Below are positions 38,976-47,344 of a DNA stretch of 64,000 bases, one piece after another. Numbering within the stretch: the stretch's first letter is position 1; the number at the start of each line of letters is the position of its first letter. The position numbers and the translations under genes were made by a program. The notes under the pieces are model-generated. The model saw only the letters and a program-made list of their open reading frames with translations. It was not told the origin of the DNA and made no database searches. Where the stretch lies: contig JBIOJK010000002.1 in NCBI GenBank assembly GCA_044450765.1, forward strand, positions 4,281-68,280. Reading direction: 5' to 3'. This DNA comes from Myxococcota bacterium. GTDB lineage: Bacteria > Myxococcota_A > UBA9160 > SZUA-336.

Positions 38976-40832
38976 ATGGCGATTGCGGAGCTCCAGCGAC
39001 TTCAGGCGGCTCTCGGGCGAGCGGCGCACGGCCAGGACGACGCGGCGTTTGGTCTCGCGCTGGCGCTGGTCGCCCGCGAGCACGCCTATCTGGAGGGGCC
39101 GCCCGGCTGCGGGAAGTCGGCTCTGGCCCGGGCGCTCGCGCAGGCCGCGGGCGCGCGCTGGGCCGAACTCGTCTTCCACCGTGACGCGGGCCCCGCACAG
39201 CTGCTCGGCGAGGCGCGCCTGCGCCGCGAGCGGCGCGGGCGCGGCGAGCGGATCGCCGTCGAGCTCGAGCTCGGGCCGAGCGCCTCGGCCGAGGTGCTGG
39301 TGCTCGACGATCTACCGCGCGCGCCCGGCGAGGCGCTCGGGCCGCTTCTCGGCGTGCTCGCAGAGCGCCGCTTCGCGGGCCGCGCGCTGCCGCTCGAGAC
39401 CGCGGTGGCGACCGCCGGGCCGCCGGACTTCGAGAGTTACGCGGATCCACTCGAGCCCAGCCAGCTCGACCGCTTCGCCATCCAGATCCGTCTGCGGGGT
39501 CTCGTCGGCTCGCGCCGCTTCGCGCTCGCCCGCGCGCTGCTCGACCGCGGCCCGGAGCCCGACGAGCTGCCGCGGCTCGACACTGAAGTGCGTCACCAGC
39601 TGCAGCGCCGCGCGGCTGCGCTGGCGATCGAGCCGGCGGCGCGCGCCGCCCTGCTGCGCGCCGTCGAGCGCCTCGCGGCCGCGGCGGGCAGCGAGACGGC
39701 GCTGCTCTCCGACCGCGCGTTCGCGCGCTCGGCGCCCGCCGTCCTGCGCGCGCACGCGTTGCTGCGCGGCGCCGGGCGAGTCACTCCCGAGGACGTTCGC
39801 GCGCTGCGCTTCATGCTCGCGCGCCGTCTGCCCGAGGCGCTCGAGCCCGAGATACCCGCCATTCTCGAGGACGCCATCCGCGCGGACGCCGACGGGGAGC
39901 GCGGCGCGCCGGCCGTTCGGCCGGCCGCCGCCGACCGCACCGGCAATCCGCCCGGAGGCGAGGCCGGGCCGCCCGCGGCGGCGATTCCGGTCGAGTCACT
40001 CGAGGCGCGCAACGCGTCGCTCGCCTCGGTTCCGCCGCTGGCCGCCTCGCGCGGCGGCGACGAGGCCGCCGCGGTCGAGTCATTGATCCGAGCGCTCGCC
40101 GGGCGGCTCGAGCGCGGCGCGGTCGAGCGCGGCGACGACCCGGGCGGCTCGCCGCGCAGCTTCCGCCGCATGCGCAGCCTGGACGAGATCCTCGACGGCG
40201 ATCCCGTCGAGACGTTTCTTCTGGTCGAGGGCCGCCAGCCCTCCGCACGCGTGTTTCGCCGCGAGCGGCGCAACGCCGGCGGCGCGCTCGCGCTGCTGCG
40301 CGACGTATCCGCATCGATGGAGGGCCGCCTCGCGCGCTGGGCGGGCGAAGTCGTCGCCGGTCTCGTGCGCGTCGGCGCGCGCAGGCGCATGCGGCTCGGC
40401 TACCTCGAGTTCAACCACGAGGCCGAGCGCTTCGCTGCCGACGGGGCGTTCTTTCACCGCCGCTACCGGCGCGTGCTCGCGCTCGCGAAGCGCAGCCGCG
40501 CCGAAGGTCGCACCAACTACGAGGCGCCGTTGCGCACCGCGCTCGCCGAGTTTCGCGGCACGGCGGGGCGCGAGCGACACATCGTGCTGCTGTCCGACGG
40601 CGTGCCGGTGCTCGGCGATCCCGCAGTGCGCAGCGAGCGCGCCCTGGCTCGCCGACTGCGAGTTAAGGTACACACGGTCTTTCTCGGCTCGGGCGAGTGC
40701 CCGGCCGTCCTCGACGAGATCTCGCGCGAGACCGCCGGCCTGCGCTTCGAGGCGCACCCGGGTCCCGCAGGCCGAGTGACTTTGCGGGAGCGAGCAAGTG
40801 CCCACGCGATCAGCGGACGAGAGCGTGGGTAG
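38976..40832 (+). CDS. MoxR/RavA-class AAA+ ATPase fused to a C-terminal vWA domain (CoxD/CoxE-like fusion)
   Basis: Walker A LEGPPGCGKS, Walker B VLVLDDL, LDRFAIQI. C-terminal vWA with MIDAS DVSASM and HIVLLSDG. Confidence 0.8.
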   Translation: MAIAELQRLQAALGRAAHGQDDAAFGLALALVAREHAYLEGPPGCGKSALARALAQAAGARWAELVFHRDAGPAQLLGEARLRRERRGRGERIAVELELGPSASAEVLVLDDLPRAPGEALGPLLGVLAERRFAGRALPLETAVATAGPPDFESYADPLEPSQLDRFAIQIRLRGLVGSRRFALARALLDRGPEPDELPRLDTEVRHQLQRRAAALAIEPAARAALLRAVERLAAAAGSETALLSDRAFARSAPAVLRAHALLRGAGRVTPEDVRALRFMLARRLPEALEPEIPAILEDAIRADADGERGAPAVRPAAADRTGNPPGGEAGPPAAAIPVESLEARNASLASVPPLAASRGGDEAAAVESLIRALAGRLERGAVERGDDPGGSPRSFRRMRSLDEILDGDPVETFLLVEGRQPSARVFRRERRNAGGALALLRDVSASMEGRLARWAGEVVAGLVRVGARRRMRLGYLEFNHEAERFAADGAFFHRRYRRVLALAKRSRAEGRTNYEAPLRTALAEFRGTAGRERHIVLLSDGVPVLGDPAVRSERALARRLRVKVHTVFLGSGECPAVLDEISRETAGLRFEAHPGPAGRVTLRERASAHAISGRERG

Positions 40833-40876
40833 GGTGCCCACGCGACCATCGGACGAGCCCACGCGATCACCAGCAC
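40798..40876 (+). repeat. Direct repeat in 2.5 copies (24-bp unit) spanning the junction of the two AAA+ genes
   Basis: GTGCCCACGCGATCAGCGGACGAG (40798-40821) and GTGCCCACGCGACCATCGGACGAG (40834-40857) are identical at 22 of 24 positions. A partial third copy, CCCACGCGATCA, starts at 40858. The spacer contains the complementary GCGTGGG. Confidence 0.8.
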
Positions 40877-41799
40877 TCGCTCCGCTGCGCGAACTGCTCG
40901 ACCGCCATGTGATCGGTCACGGCGACGCGAAGGACGCGCTGCTGCTGGCGCTCGTGTGTCGCGAGCACATCTATCTCGAGGGGCCGCCCGGATCCGCGAA
41001 GACGCGCATGGCCGAGCTCGCGGCGCGCGGCGCGGGCCTCGGCTTCTTCTTCTACCAGATGCACCGAGATACTCGCCTCTCCGAGCTCGTCGGCGACATC
41101 GTGATCGAGCGCCGGCCGCTCGCGGACGCGCAGGGCGAGCGGATCCACCAGGCGATCGAGCCAGGCGGCATTCTCACCGCGGAGCTGTGCGTGCTCGACG
41201 ATATCTCGCGCGCGCCAGGGGAGGCGCTGAACGTGCTGCTGCGGGTGCTGAACGAGCGGAAGTTCGGCGAGCGACCGATTCCGCTGCTGACCGCGATCGC
41301 CACGAGCAATCCGCTGCGCGACGAGTACTACAACGAGCCACTCGACCCCGCGAACCTCGACCGCTTCGCCCTGCAGCTCCGCGTGTCGGGGCTGGTCCAG
41401 TCCGGCGATCGCGCGCAGGCGCGCGAGCTGATCGATCGCTTCGCAGAAGGCAGCGTGCTCGAGCAGCCGGAGCCGCCGGCGGTGCTCGGGCGCGGCGAGC
41501 TCGACCGGCTGCACGCCGAGCTCGCGCGCGTCGAGGTGCTCCCGGCCGAGAAGGACCGGCTGGTCGAGTTCCTGCGGCGGCTGGTGGTCGACTATGATTG
41601 CAACGAGACGAACTCGCTGCTCACCGACCGCAGCTTCTTGGTCAAGGCGGTCAAGCTCTTGCGCGGGCGCGCCCTGCTGGCCGGCCGAGCGCGGGTCGAA
41701 CGTGGGGATCTCGCGGTGCTCTCGCAGATGACGACCTTCCGGGTGCCGGAGGAGGTTCAGGCGAAGGTGCCCGAGCTGATCGGGGAGATCACGGCGTGA
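40834..41799 (+). CDS. MoxR/RavA-class AAA+ ATPase (CoxD-like)
   Basis: Walker [11 protein letters not shown], Walker [24 protein letters not shown]. Start GTG 40834, one nt after the upstream stop, or GTG 40798. Confidence 0.8.
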   Translation: MPTRPSDEPTRSPALAPLRELLDRHVIGHGDAKDALLLALVCREHIYLEGPPGSAKTRMAELAARGAGLGFFFYQMHRDTRLSELVGDIVIERRPLADAQGERIHQAIEPGGILTAELCVLDDISRAPGEALNVLLRVLNERKFGERPIPLLTAIATSNPLRDEYYNEPLDPANLDRFALQLRVSGLVQSGDRAQARELIDRFAEGSVLEQPEPPAVLGRGELDRLHAELARVEVLPAEKDRLVEFLRRLVVDYDCNETNSLLTDRSFLVKAVKLLRGRALLAGRARVERGDLAVLSQMTTFRVPEEVQAKVPELIGEITA

Positions 41800-42269
41800 A
41801 GATTTCCGTCGAAGTGAATGGCCAGCAGCACGAGCGCGAGGTCGCGCCGCGGCTGCTGCTGGTGCATTTCCTGCGCGAGACACTCGCCCTCACCGGCACT
41901 CACATCGGCTGCGAGACGACGATCTGCGGCGCGTGCACGGTGCACCTCGACGGCCGCGCCGTGAAGAGCTGCACGCTGTTCGCGGTCCAGGCCGACGGGC
42001 GCAGAGTCACTACCGTCGAGGGGCTCGCGAAGGACGCCGAGCACCTGCACCCTGTGCAGGTCGGGTTCTGGGAGGAGCACGGGCTCCAATGCGGGTACTG
42101 CACGCCCGGAATGATCATGACCACGTGCGCGCTGCTCGCCGAGAACCCGAACCCGAGCGAGGCCGAGATCCGCCACGCGATCGAGGGCAACCTCTGTCGC
42201 TGCACGGGCTATCAGCAGATCGTGAACGCGGTGCAGCACGCGGCGCGCGTTCAGAAGGGAGCGCGCTGA
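41796..42269 (+). CDS. coxS: Xanthine dehydrogenase/CODH-family [2Fe-2S] small subunit
   Basis: [11 protein letters not shown] and CGYCTPG...CRCTGY motifs. GTGA overlap with the upstream gene. Confidence 0.92.
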   Translation: MKISVEVNGQQHEREVAPRLLLVHFLRETLALTGTHIGCETTICGACTVHLDGRAVKSCTLFAVQADGRRVTTVEGLAKDAEHLHPVQVGFWEEHGLQCGYCTPGMIMTTCALLAENPNPSEAEIRHAIEGNLCRCTGYQQIVNAVQHAARVQKGAR

Positions 42270-44617
42270 TGCCGGTGCGACCCGTTTCCGTCGGCGAGCG
42301 CATCAAGCGCCGCGAGGATCCGCGGCTGATCCGAGGGCTCGCGACCTACACCGACGACATCAAGCTGCACGGCATGCTGCACGCCGCGTTCGTGCGCAGT
42401 GACTACGCCGCGGGAAGGATCGAGCGCATCGATCTCGCGAAGGCGCGCGCGCGCAAGGGCGTGGTCGCCGCGTATACGTTCGACGACCTGCGCGGCAAGG
42501 TCGGGCGCACGCCGTGCGTCGCGCGTCCCGAGCCAGGTCGCGACGCGGAGCACCCGCTGCTCGCGGACAAGTTCGTGCGCTACGTCGGTCAGCCCGTCGC
42601 GGTCGTGATCGCGGAGGATCGCTACATCGCGCGCGATGCGGCGCTCGACGTCGAGGTCGACATCTCAGCGAGCCGCGCGGTGATCGGCCTGCGCAACGCG
42701 CTCGATCCCGCGAAGGGGAAGGTCTACGCCGACCACGCCGACAACGTCGCGCTCGCGGTTCCGCTGAACCCCGAGAACGCGGCCGCCGTCGACAAACTGT
42801 TCCGAGAAGCCGACGGCATCGTGAAGCTCGAGCTCGTGAACCAGAAGGTCGCGCCCGTCTCGATGGAGCCGCGCGCCGTGCTCGCGCACTGGGACGAGGG
42901 CCCGCAGAAGCTCACCGTCTGGACGTCGACGCAGGTGCCGCACCTGGTGAAGCAGCAGCTCGCGCAGTGTCTGGCCGTGTCCGAGGTGCGCATCCGGGTC
43001 GTCGCGCCGGAAGTCGGCGGCGGCTTCGGCTGCAAGATCCCGGTCTACGCAGAGGAGTGTCTCCTGCCGTTCATCTCGCGCGCGCTGCGGCGGCCGATCA
43101 AGTGGGCCGAGACGCGCACCGAGAACCTGATGAACACGACTCACGGCCGCGCGCACCTCCACGAGATCGAGGCCGCGTACAAGAAGGACGGCGAGCTGAT
43201 CGCGCTGCGCGGCCGCGTGCTCTCCGACGTCGGCGCGTACCCGTCGTTCTTCGGCGCCTCGATCGCGACCTTCACGCCGCTGATGATGCCCGGCTGCTAC
43301 AAGCTGAAAGGCCTCTCGGTCGAGGTCGTGTGTCTCTACACGAACACGATGGCGACCGACGCCTACCGCGGCGCGGGTCGGCCCGAGGCCGCCTACACCG
43401 TCGAGCGCGTCATGGACGCGATCGCCGCCGCGACCGGCCTCGACCCCGCCGACGTCCGGCGCCGGAACTTCATCGCCAAGAGCGCGTTCCCGTTCACGAC
43501 CGCGGGGGGCGCGGTGTACGACTCGGGTGACTACGCGGCGGCGCTCGACAAGGCGCTCGCGCGCTTCGACTACGCGGGCGCGAAGGCGCGGCGTGACAAG
43601 GCGCGCGCGGACGGAAAGCTCGTCGGGATCGGCGTCGCGACCTTCACCGAGATCTGCGGGCTCGGTCCCAGCACCGGCGCGTCGCCGATCCAGCGCACGG
43701 GCAGCTGGGAGTCCGGAATGGTGCGCGTCGAACCGACCGGCAACGTGATCGTCACCACCGGCGCTTCGCCGCACGGCCAGGGTCAGGAGACCGCGTTCGC
43801 GCAGATGGCGGCCGACGCGTTCGGGATCGAAGTGACCGACGTCGAGGTGCTGCACGGAGACACGGACGTCGTGACTCACGGCGTCGGCACGTTCGGAAGC
43901 CGCGGGCTCGTCGTGGGCGGCACCGCGGTGCACATGGCGCTGGAGAAAGTGAAGGCGAAGGCGTCGCGCATCGCGGCGCACCTGCTCGACGCGAAGCCCG
44001 AGCAAGTCACGTTCGACGGCGAGTCGTTTCAGGTCGCGGGCAGCGCGCGCAAGATGTCCTTCCGCGAAGTCGCGCAGGCGGCGCACCTGTGGAGCGTGCC
44101 CGTGCCCGGCGAGGAGCCCGGCCTCGAAGCGGTGGCGCGCTTCGAGCCCACCGGCACGACGTTTCCGTTCGGGGCGCACCTGTGCGAGGTCGAGGTCGAC
44201 GCCGACACCGGCGAGGTGCGCCTCCTGCGCTATCTCGCCGTCGATGACGCGGGCAAGATCGTGAACCCGCTGCTCGCCGAGGGCCAGCGGCTCGGCGGAA
44301 TCATCCAAGGGCTCGGCCAGGCGCTCTGCGAAGAGGTGAGATACGACGAGAGCGGCCAGCTCCTGACGGCGACGCTGATGGACTACGCGATGCCCAAGGC
44401 GCACATGTTCCCGCGCATCGAGCTCGACACGACCTGCACGCCGACTCACCTGAATCCGCTCGGCGCGAAGGGCATCGGCGAGTTGGGCACGATCGGCTCG
44501 ACGCCTTGTCTGGTGTCGGCGGTGCTCGACGCGCTGCGCCCGCGGGGAGTCACTCACCTGGACATGCCGCTCACTCCCGAGCGCGTCTGGTCCGCGCTCC
44601 AGAAGGCGGCGAAATGA
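42269..44617 (+). CDS. coxL: Xanthine dehydrogenase/CODH-family molybdopterin large subunit, form-II type active-site loop
   Basis: 782 aa. Active-site loop reads AYRGAGR (form II) rather than VAYRCSFR (form I). Confidence 0.9.
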   Translation: MPVRPVSVGERIKRREDPRLIRGLATYTDDIKLHGMLHAAFVRSDYAAGRIERIDLAKARARKGVVAAYTFDDLRGKVGRTPCVARPEPGRDAEHPLLADKFVRYVGQPVAVVIAEDRYIARDAALDVEVDISASRAVIGLRNALDPAKGKVYADHADNVALAVPLNPENAAAVDKLFREADGIVKLELVNQKVAPVSMEPRAVLAHWDEGPQKLTVWTSTQVPHLVKQQLAQCLAVSEVRIRVVAPEVGGGFGCKIPVYAEECLLPFISRALRRPIKWAETRTENLMNTTHGRAHLHEIEAAYKKDGELIALRGRVLSDVGAYPSFFGASIATFTPLMMPGCYKLKGLSVEVVCLYTNTMATDAYRGAGRPEAAYTVERVMDAIAAATGLDPADVRRRNFIAKSAFPFTTAGGAVYDSGDYAAALDKALARFDYAGAKARRDKARADGKLVGIGVATFTEICGLGPSTGASPIQRTGSWESGMVRVEPTGNVIVTTGASPHGQGQETAFAQMAADAFGIEVTDVEVLHGDTDVVTHGVGTFGSRGLVVGGTAVHMALEKVKAKASRIAAHLLDAKPEQVTFDGESFQVAGSARKMSFREVAQAAHLWSVPVPGEEPGLEAVARFEPTGTTFPFGAHLCEVEVDADTGEVRLLRYLAVDDAGKIVNPLLAEGQRLGGIIQGLGQALCEEVRYDESGQLLTATLMDYAMPKAHMFPRIELDTTCTPTHLNPLGAKGIGELGTIGSTPCLVSAVLDALRPRGVTHLDMPLTPERVWSALQKAAK

Positions 44618-45474
44618 TCCCGCAGGACTTCGAATACTTCGCGCCGCGCAGCCTGCGCGAAGCGGTCGAGCTACTGGCGCGCCACCCCGACGCGAAGCTG
44701 CTCGGCGGCGGCATGAGCTTGATTCCCGCGCTGAAGCACCGCCTGCAGACGCCGGCGGCGCTGGTCGACCTGGGCCGCGTCGCCGATCTCGAGGGCGCGT
44801 CCGAGCGGCGCGGCGCGATCGCGATCGGCGGGCGCACGACTCACCGTGCGCTGGCCGAGCCCGGCGAGCTCGCCGACGTGCACGCGATCCAGGAGACCGC
44901 CGCGTCGATCGGCGACGTCCAGGTGCGCAATCGCGGCACGATCGGCGGGAGCCTCGTGCACGCGGATCCGGCGGCCGACTGGCCCGCGCTCTTTCTCGCG
45001 CTGGACGGGGAGGCGGTCGTCTCCAGCGCGCGCGGCGAGCGCTCGATCCCGGCCGCGCAGTTCTTTACCGGCATGCTCCAGTCGGCCGTCCGGCGCGACG
45101 AGGTGCTGACCGAGGTGCGGCTCAAGGTGGAGCGCAAGCGCGCGGGCACCGCGTATCGAAAGCTGCGCCAGACCGCCTCGGGCTTCGCGGTGGTCGGCGT
45201 GGCTGCGCAAGTCACGCTCGATCGGCGCGGCCGGATCGAGCGCGCGGCGCTGGGAGTCACCGGCGTCAACCCGGTGCCGTTCCGCGCTTCCGCGCTCGAG
45301 AAGAGGCTGGCCGGCGAGTCACCAGAGCTCGCGGCACTGCAGCGCCTGTGCGCGCGCGTCGAAGAGGCCGACCCGACCGAAGATCTGTTCGCGTCCGCCG
45401 CGTACCGCAGGCACCTCGTCGGCGTCTACGCCGCGCGCGCCCTCTTCGCCGCCGCGCAGCGAGCCGCGGCGTGA
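44614..45474 (+). CDS. coxM: Xanthine dehydrogenase/CODH-family FAD-binding medium subunit
   Basis: FAD-binding motifs LLGGGMSLIP and RNRGTIGGS. ATGA overlap with coxL. Confidence 0.92.
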   Translation: MIPQDFEYFAPRSLREAVELLARHPDAKLLGGGMSLIPALKHRLQTPAALVDLGRVADLEGASERRGAIAIGGRTTHRALAEPGELADVHAIQETAASIGDVQVRNRGTIGGSLVHADPAADWPALFLALDGEAVVSSARGERSIPAAQFFTGMLQSAVRRDEVLTEVRLKVERKRAGTAYRKLRQTASGFAVVGVAAQVTLDRRGRIERAALGVTGVNPVPFRASALEKRLAGESPELAALQRLCARVEEADPTEDLFASAAYRRHLVGVYAARALFAAAQRAAA

Positions 45475-46001
45475 GACTCGAGGGTCGGCAGATCGTCGAC
45501 CTGCCGCAGCAGGCCGTCTTCGAGCGCTTGAACGATCCGCGCGTGCTGCGCGCCTGCACGCCGGGGCTCGAGAAGCTCGACGCCCGCGACGCCGATCACT
45601 TCGATGCGGTGCTCGAGGTGAAGCTGCCGGCGATCACCGGCCGCTTCGAGGGCACGCTCGAAGTGCTCGAGCGGCGCCCGGTCGATCACCTGAAGCTGCG
45701 CCTCCAGGGCAAGGGCGCCGTGGGCCTCGTCGACGGCGAGGTCACCCTGGACGTGGCCAGCGTCGACGAAGGCAGCAGCGTCCAGTACGTGGCCGAGGTC
45801 CAGATCGGCGGGCAGATCGCGCGGCTCGGACAGCGCATGCTCTCGGGAGTGACTCGCGAGATGGCGGGCCAGTTCTTCGCGGCGTTCGAGCGCTGGCGCC
45901 CCGAGGCGCCCGAGGCCGTCGTGGCGCCCTCGCAGGGGCGCTCACTGCTTCAGCTCGTCTGGCGCAGCTTGCTGCGCATCTTGGGCCTGCGCCGCGACTG
46001 A
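45471..46001 (+). CDS. coxG: SRPBCC-fold CoxG-family protein
   Basis: CoxG-like pattern (VFERLNDPRVLRACTPG, ITGRFEG, GGQIARLGQRM). GTGA overlap with coxM. Confidence 0.8.
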   Translation: MRLEGRQIVDLPQQAVFERLNDPRVLRACTPGLEKLDARDADHFDAVLEVKLPAITGRFEGTLEVLERRPVDHLKLRLQGKGAVGLVDGEVTLDVASVDEGSSVQYVAEVQIGGQIARLGQRMLSGVTREMAGQFFAAFERWRPEAPEAVVAPSQGRSLLQLVWRSLLRILGLRRD

Positions 46002-46005
46002 GTCA

Positions 46006-46572
46006 GTGCGCGTCGAGGCCAGCGTGCTCGCCGCCGGGCGCGGGCGGCGCATGGGAGGTGCGAAACACCTGCTTCCGCTCGCCGGCGTGCCGATCGCGGA
46101 GCGCGTCGTGCGAGCGCTGCGCGCCACGAGCGCGTGGCGCGTGTCGATCGTGCTGCGGCCAGACGACGCCGATGGGCACGCGCTCGCGGAGCGCTGCGGA
46201 GTGACTGCCACTCCGGCCGAGAGCGCGGACGAAGGCCGCGCCGCCTCGATCCGCGCCGCGGTGCGCGCCGCCGCCGCCGACTCGGCGGGGATCCTGTTCG
46301 CGCTCGCCGACCAGCCGTTTCTAGACAGCGCCGACTTCGAGCGGCTGCTGTCCGCTTTTCGCGCTGAGCCGCGCGGGATCGTGCGCGCGCGCTACGGCGA
46401 CGCGCCCGGCTCCCCCGTGCTGTTCGCCCGCGCGTTCTTCGCCGAGCTGCTCGAGCTGCGCGGTCGCGAGGGCGGTCGGGCGGTCATCGCGCGCCATCCC
46501 GAGCTCGTGCGCGCGGTCGCGCTCCCGGTCGAGCACGGCCGCGACCTCGACACGCCCGAGGACTGGCCGTGA
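46006..46572 (+). CDS. MobA/MocA-like nucleotidyltransferase (probable molybdenum cofactor cytidylyltransferase)
   Basis: LAAGRGRRMGG...K glycine-rich NTP loop and LADQP motif. Sits at the 3' end of the cox-like operon. Confidence 0.75.
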   Translation: MRVEASVLAAGRGRRMGGAKHLLPLAGVPIAERVVRALRATSAWRVSIVLRPDDADGHALAERCGVTATPAESADEGRAASIRAAVRAAAADSAGILFALADQPFLDSADFERLLSAFRAEPRGIVRARYGDAPGSPVLFARAFFAELLELRGREGGRAVIARHPELVRAVALPVEHGRDLDTPEDWP

Positions 46573-46690
46573 GTGGAGCGGAGCCCGGCGAGGGCCGCCC
46601 CGAGCCGGGCGAAGCAAGCGGCGGAGCCGCGCGCAGTGAGGCGCAGCCGCGCGTTGAAACTCCGAGGCCTCTAGCTACTCTCCGCCGCCC

Positions 46691-47110
46691 ATGGAACGCA
46701 CGCTCTCGATCGTGAAGCCGGACGCGGTGCGCGCGCGCAAGACGGGCGCGATTCTCGAGCTGATCGAAGCCTCGGGGCTCGCGATCGTCGGCGCGAAGAT
46801 GCTGCAGCTCGACCCGCCGAAGGCCGAGGGCTTCTACGCGGTCCACCGCGAGCGCCCGTTCTTCAAGGACCTGGTCAAGTTCATGACGTCCGGACCCGTC
46901 GTCGTATCTGTTCTCGAGGGCGACGACGCGGTCGCGCGCTACCGCAAGCTGATGGGCGCGACAGATCCCGCGAAGGCCGATCCCGGCACGATCCGCAAGA
47001 AGTTCGCCAGCAACATCGAGCAGAACGCCGTCCACGGCTCCGACTCCGCGGAGAACGCGCGCACCGAGATCGCGTACTTCTTCGCCGCGACCGAGCTCGT
47101 CCGCCGCTGA
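46691..47110 (+). CDS. ndk: Nucleoside diphosphate kinase
   Basis: [13 protein letters not shown] and NAVHGSDS (active-site His). Confidence 0.97.
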   Translation: MERTLSIVKPDAVRARKTGAILELIEASGLAIVGAKMLQLDPPKAEGFYAVHRERPFFKDLVKFMTSGPVVVSVLEGDDAVARYRKLMGATDPAKADPGTIRKKFASNIEQNAVHGSDSAENARTEIAYFFAATELVRR

Positions 47111-47344
47111 ACTCGCCCGCCTGCCGGTTCGTTGCCGGCCGGGTCCGGGTCCCCGCGCGGCGAGGGCCGGCCCAAGCGTAGGGCCTAGAGACTCGGGCTC
47201 GTCCCGGGTGGTAGGATGCGGCCGCGCGCGGCGCCCACCGGTGCGAGGGAGATGCACTCGGGCGCGGCTGCGCGCGTTCTGCTCGCCGACACAGTTTTGC
47301 GTCGCCTCGCTCCGGCGACGACTCGACAGGAGAGAGGCCCGCTC

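Noticed and set aside
42269-44617. Calling the large subunit a bona fide form-I carbon monoxide dehydrogenase.
   Set aside because: The active-site loop is AYRGAGR (form II), not VAYRCSFR, so CO oxidation cannot be inferred.
47216-47344. An in-frame upstream ATG that would extend the MMPL transporter by 43 aa.
   Set aside because: Codons just upstream of 47345 have low third-position GC (aca gtt ttg cgt ... act cga ... aga), and a good SD (CAGGAGAGAGG) precedes ATG 47345.
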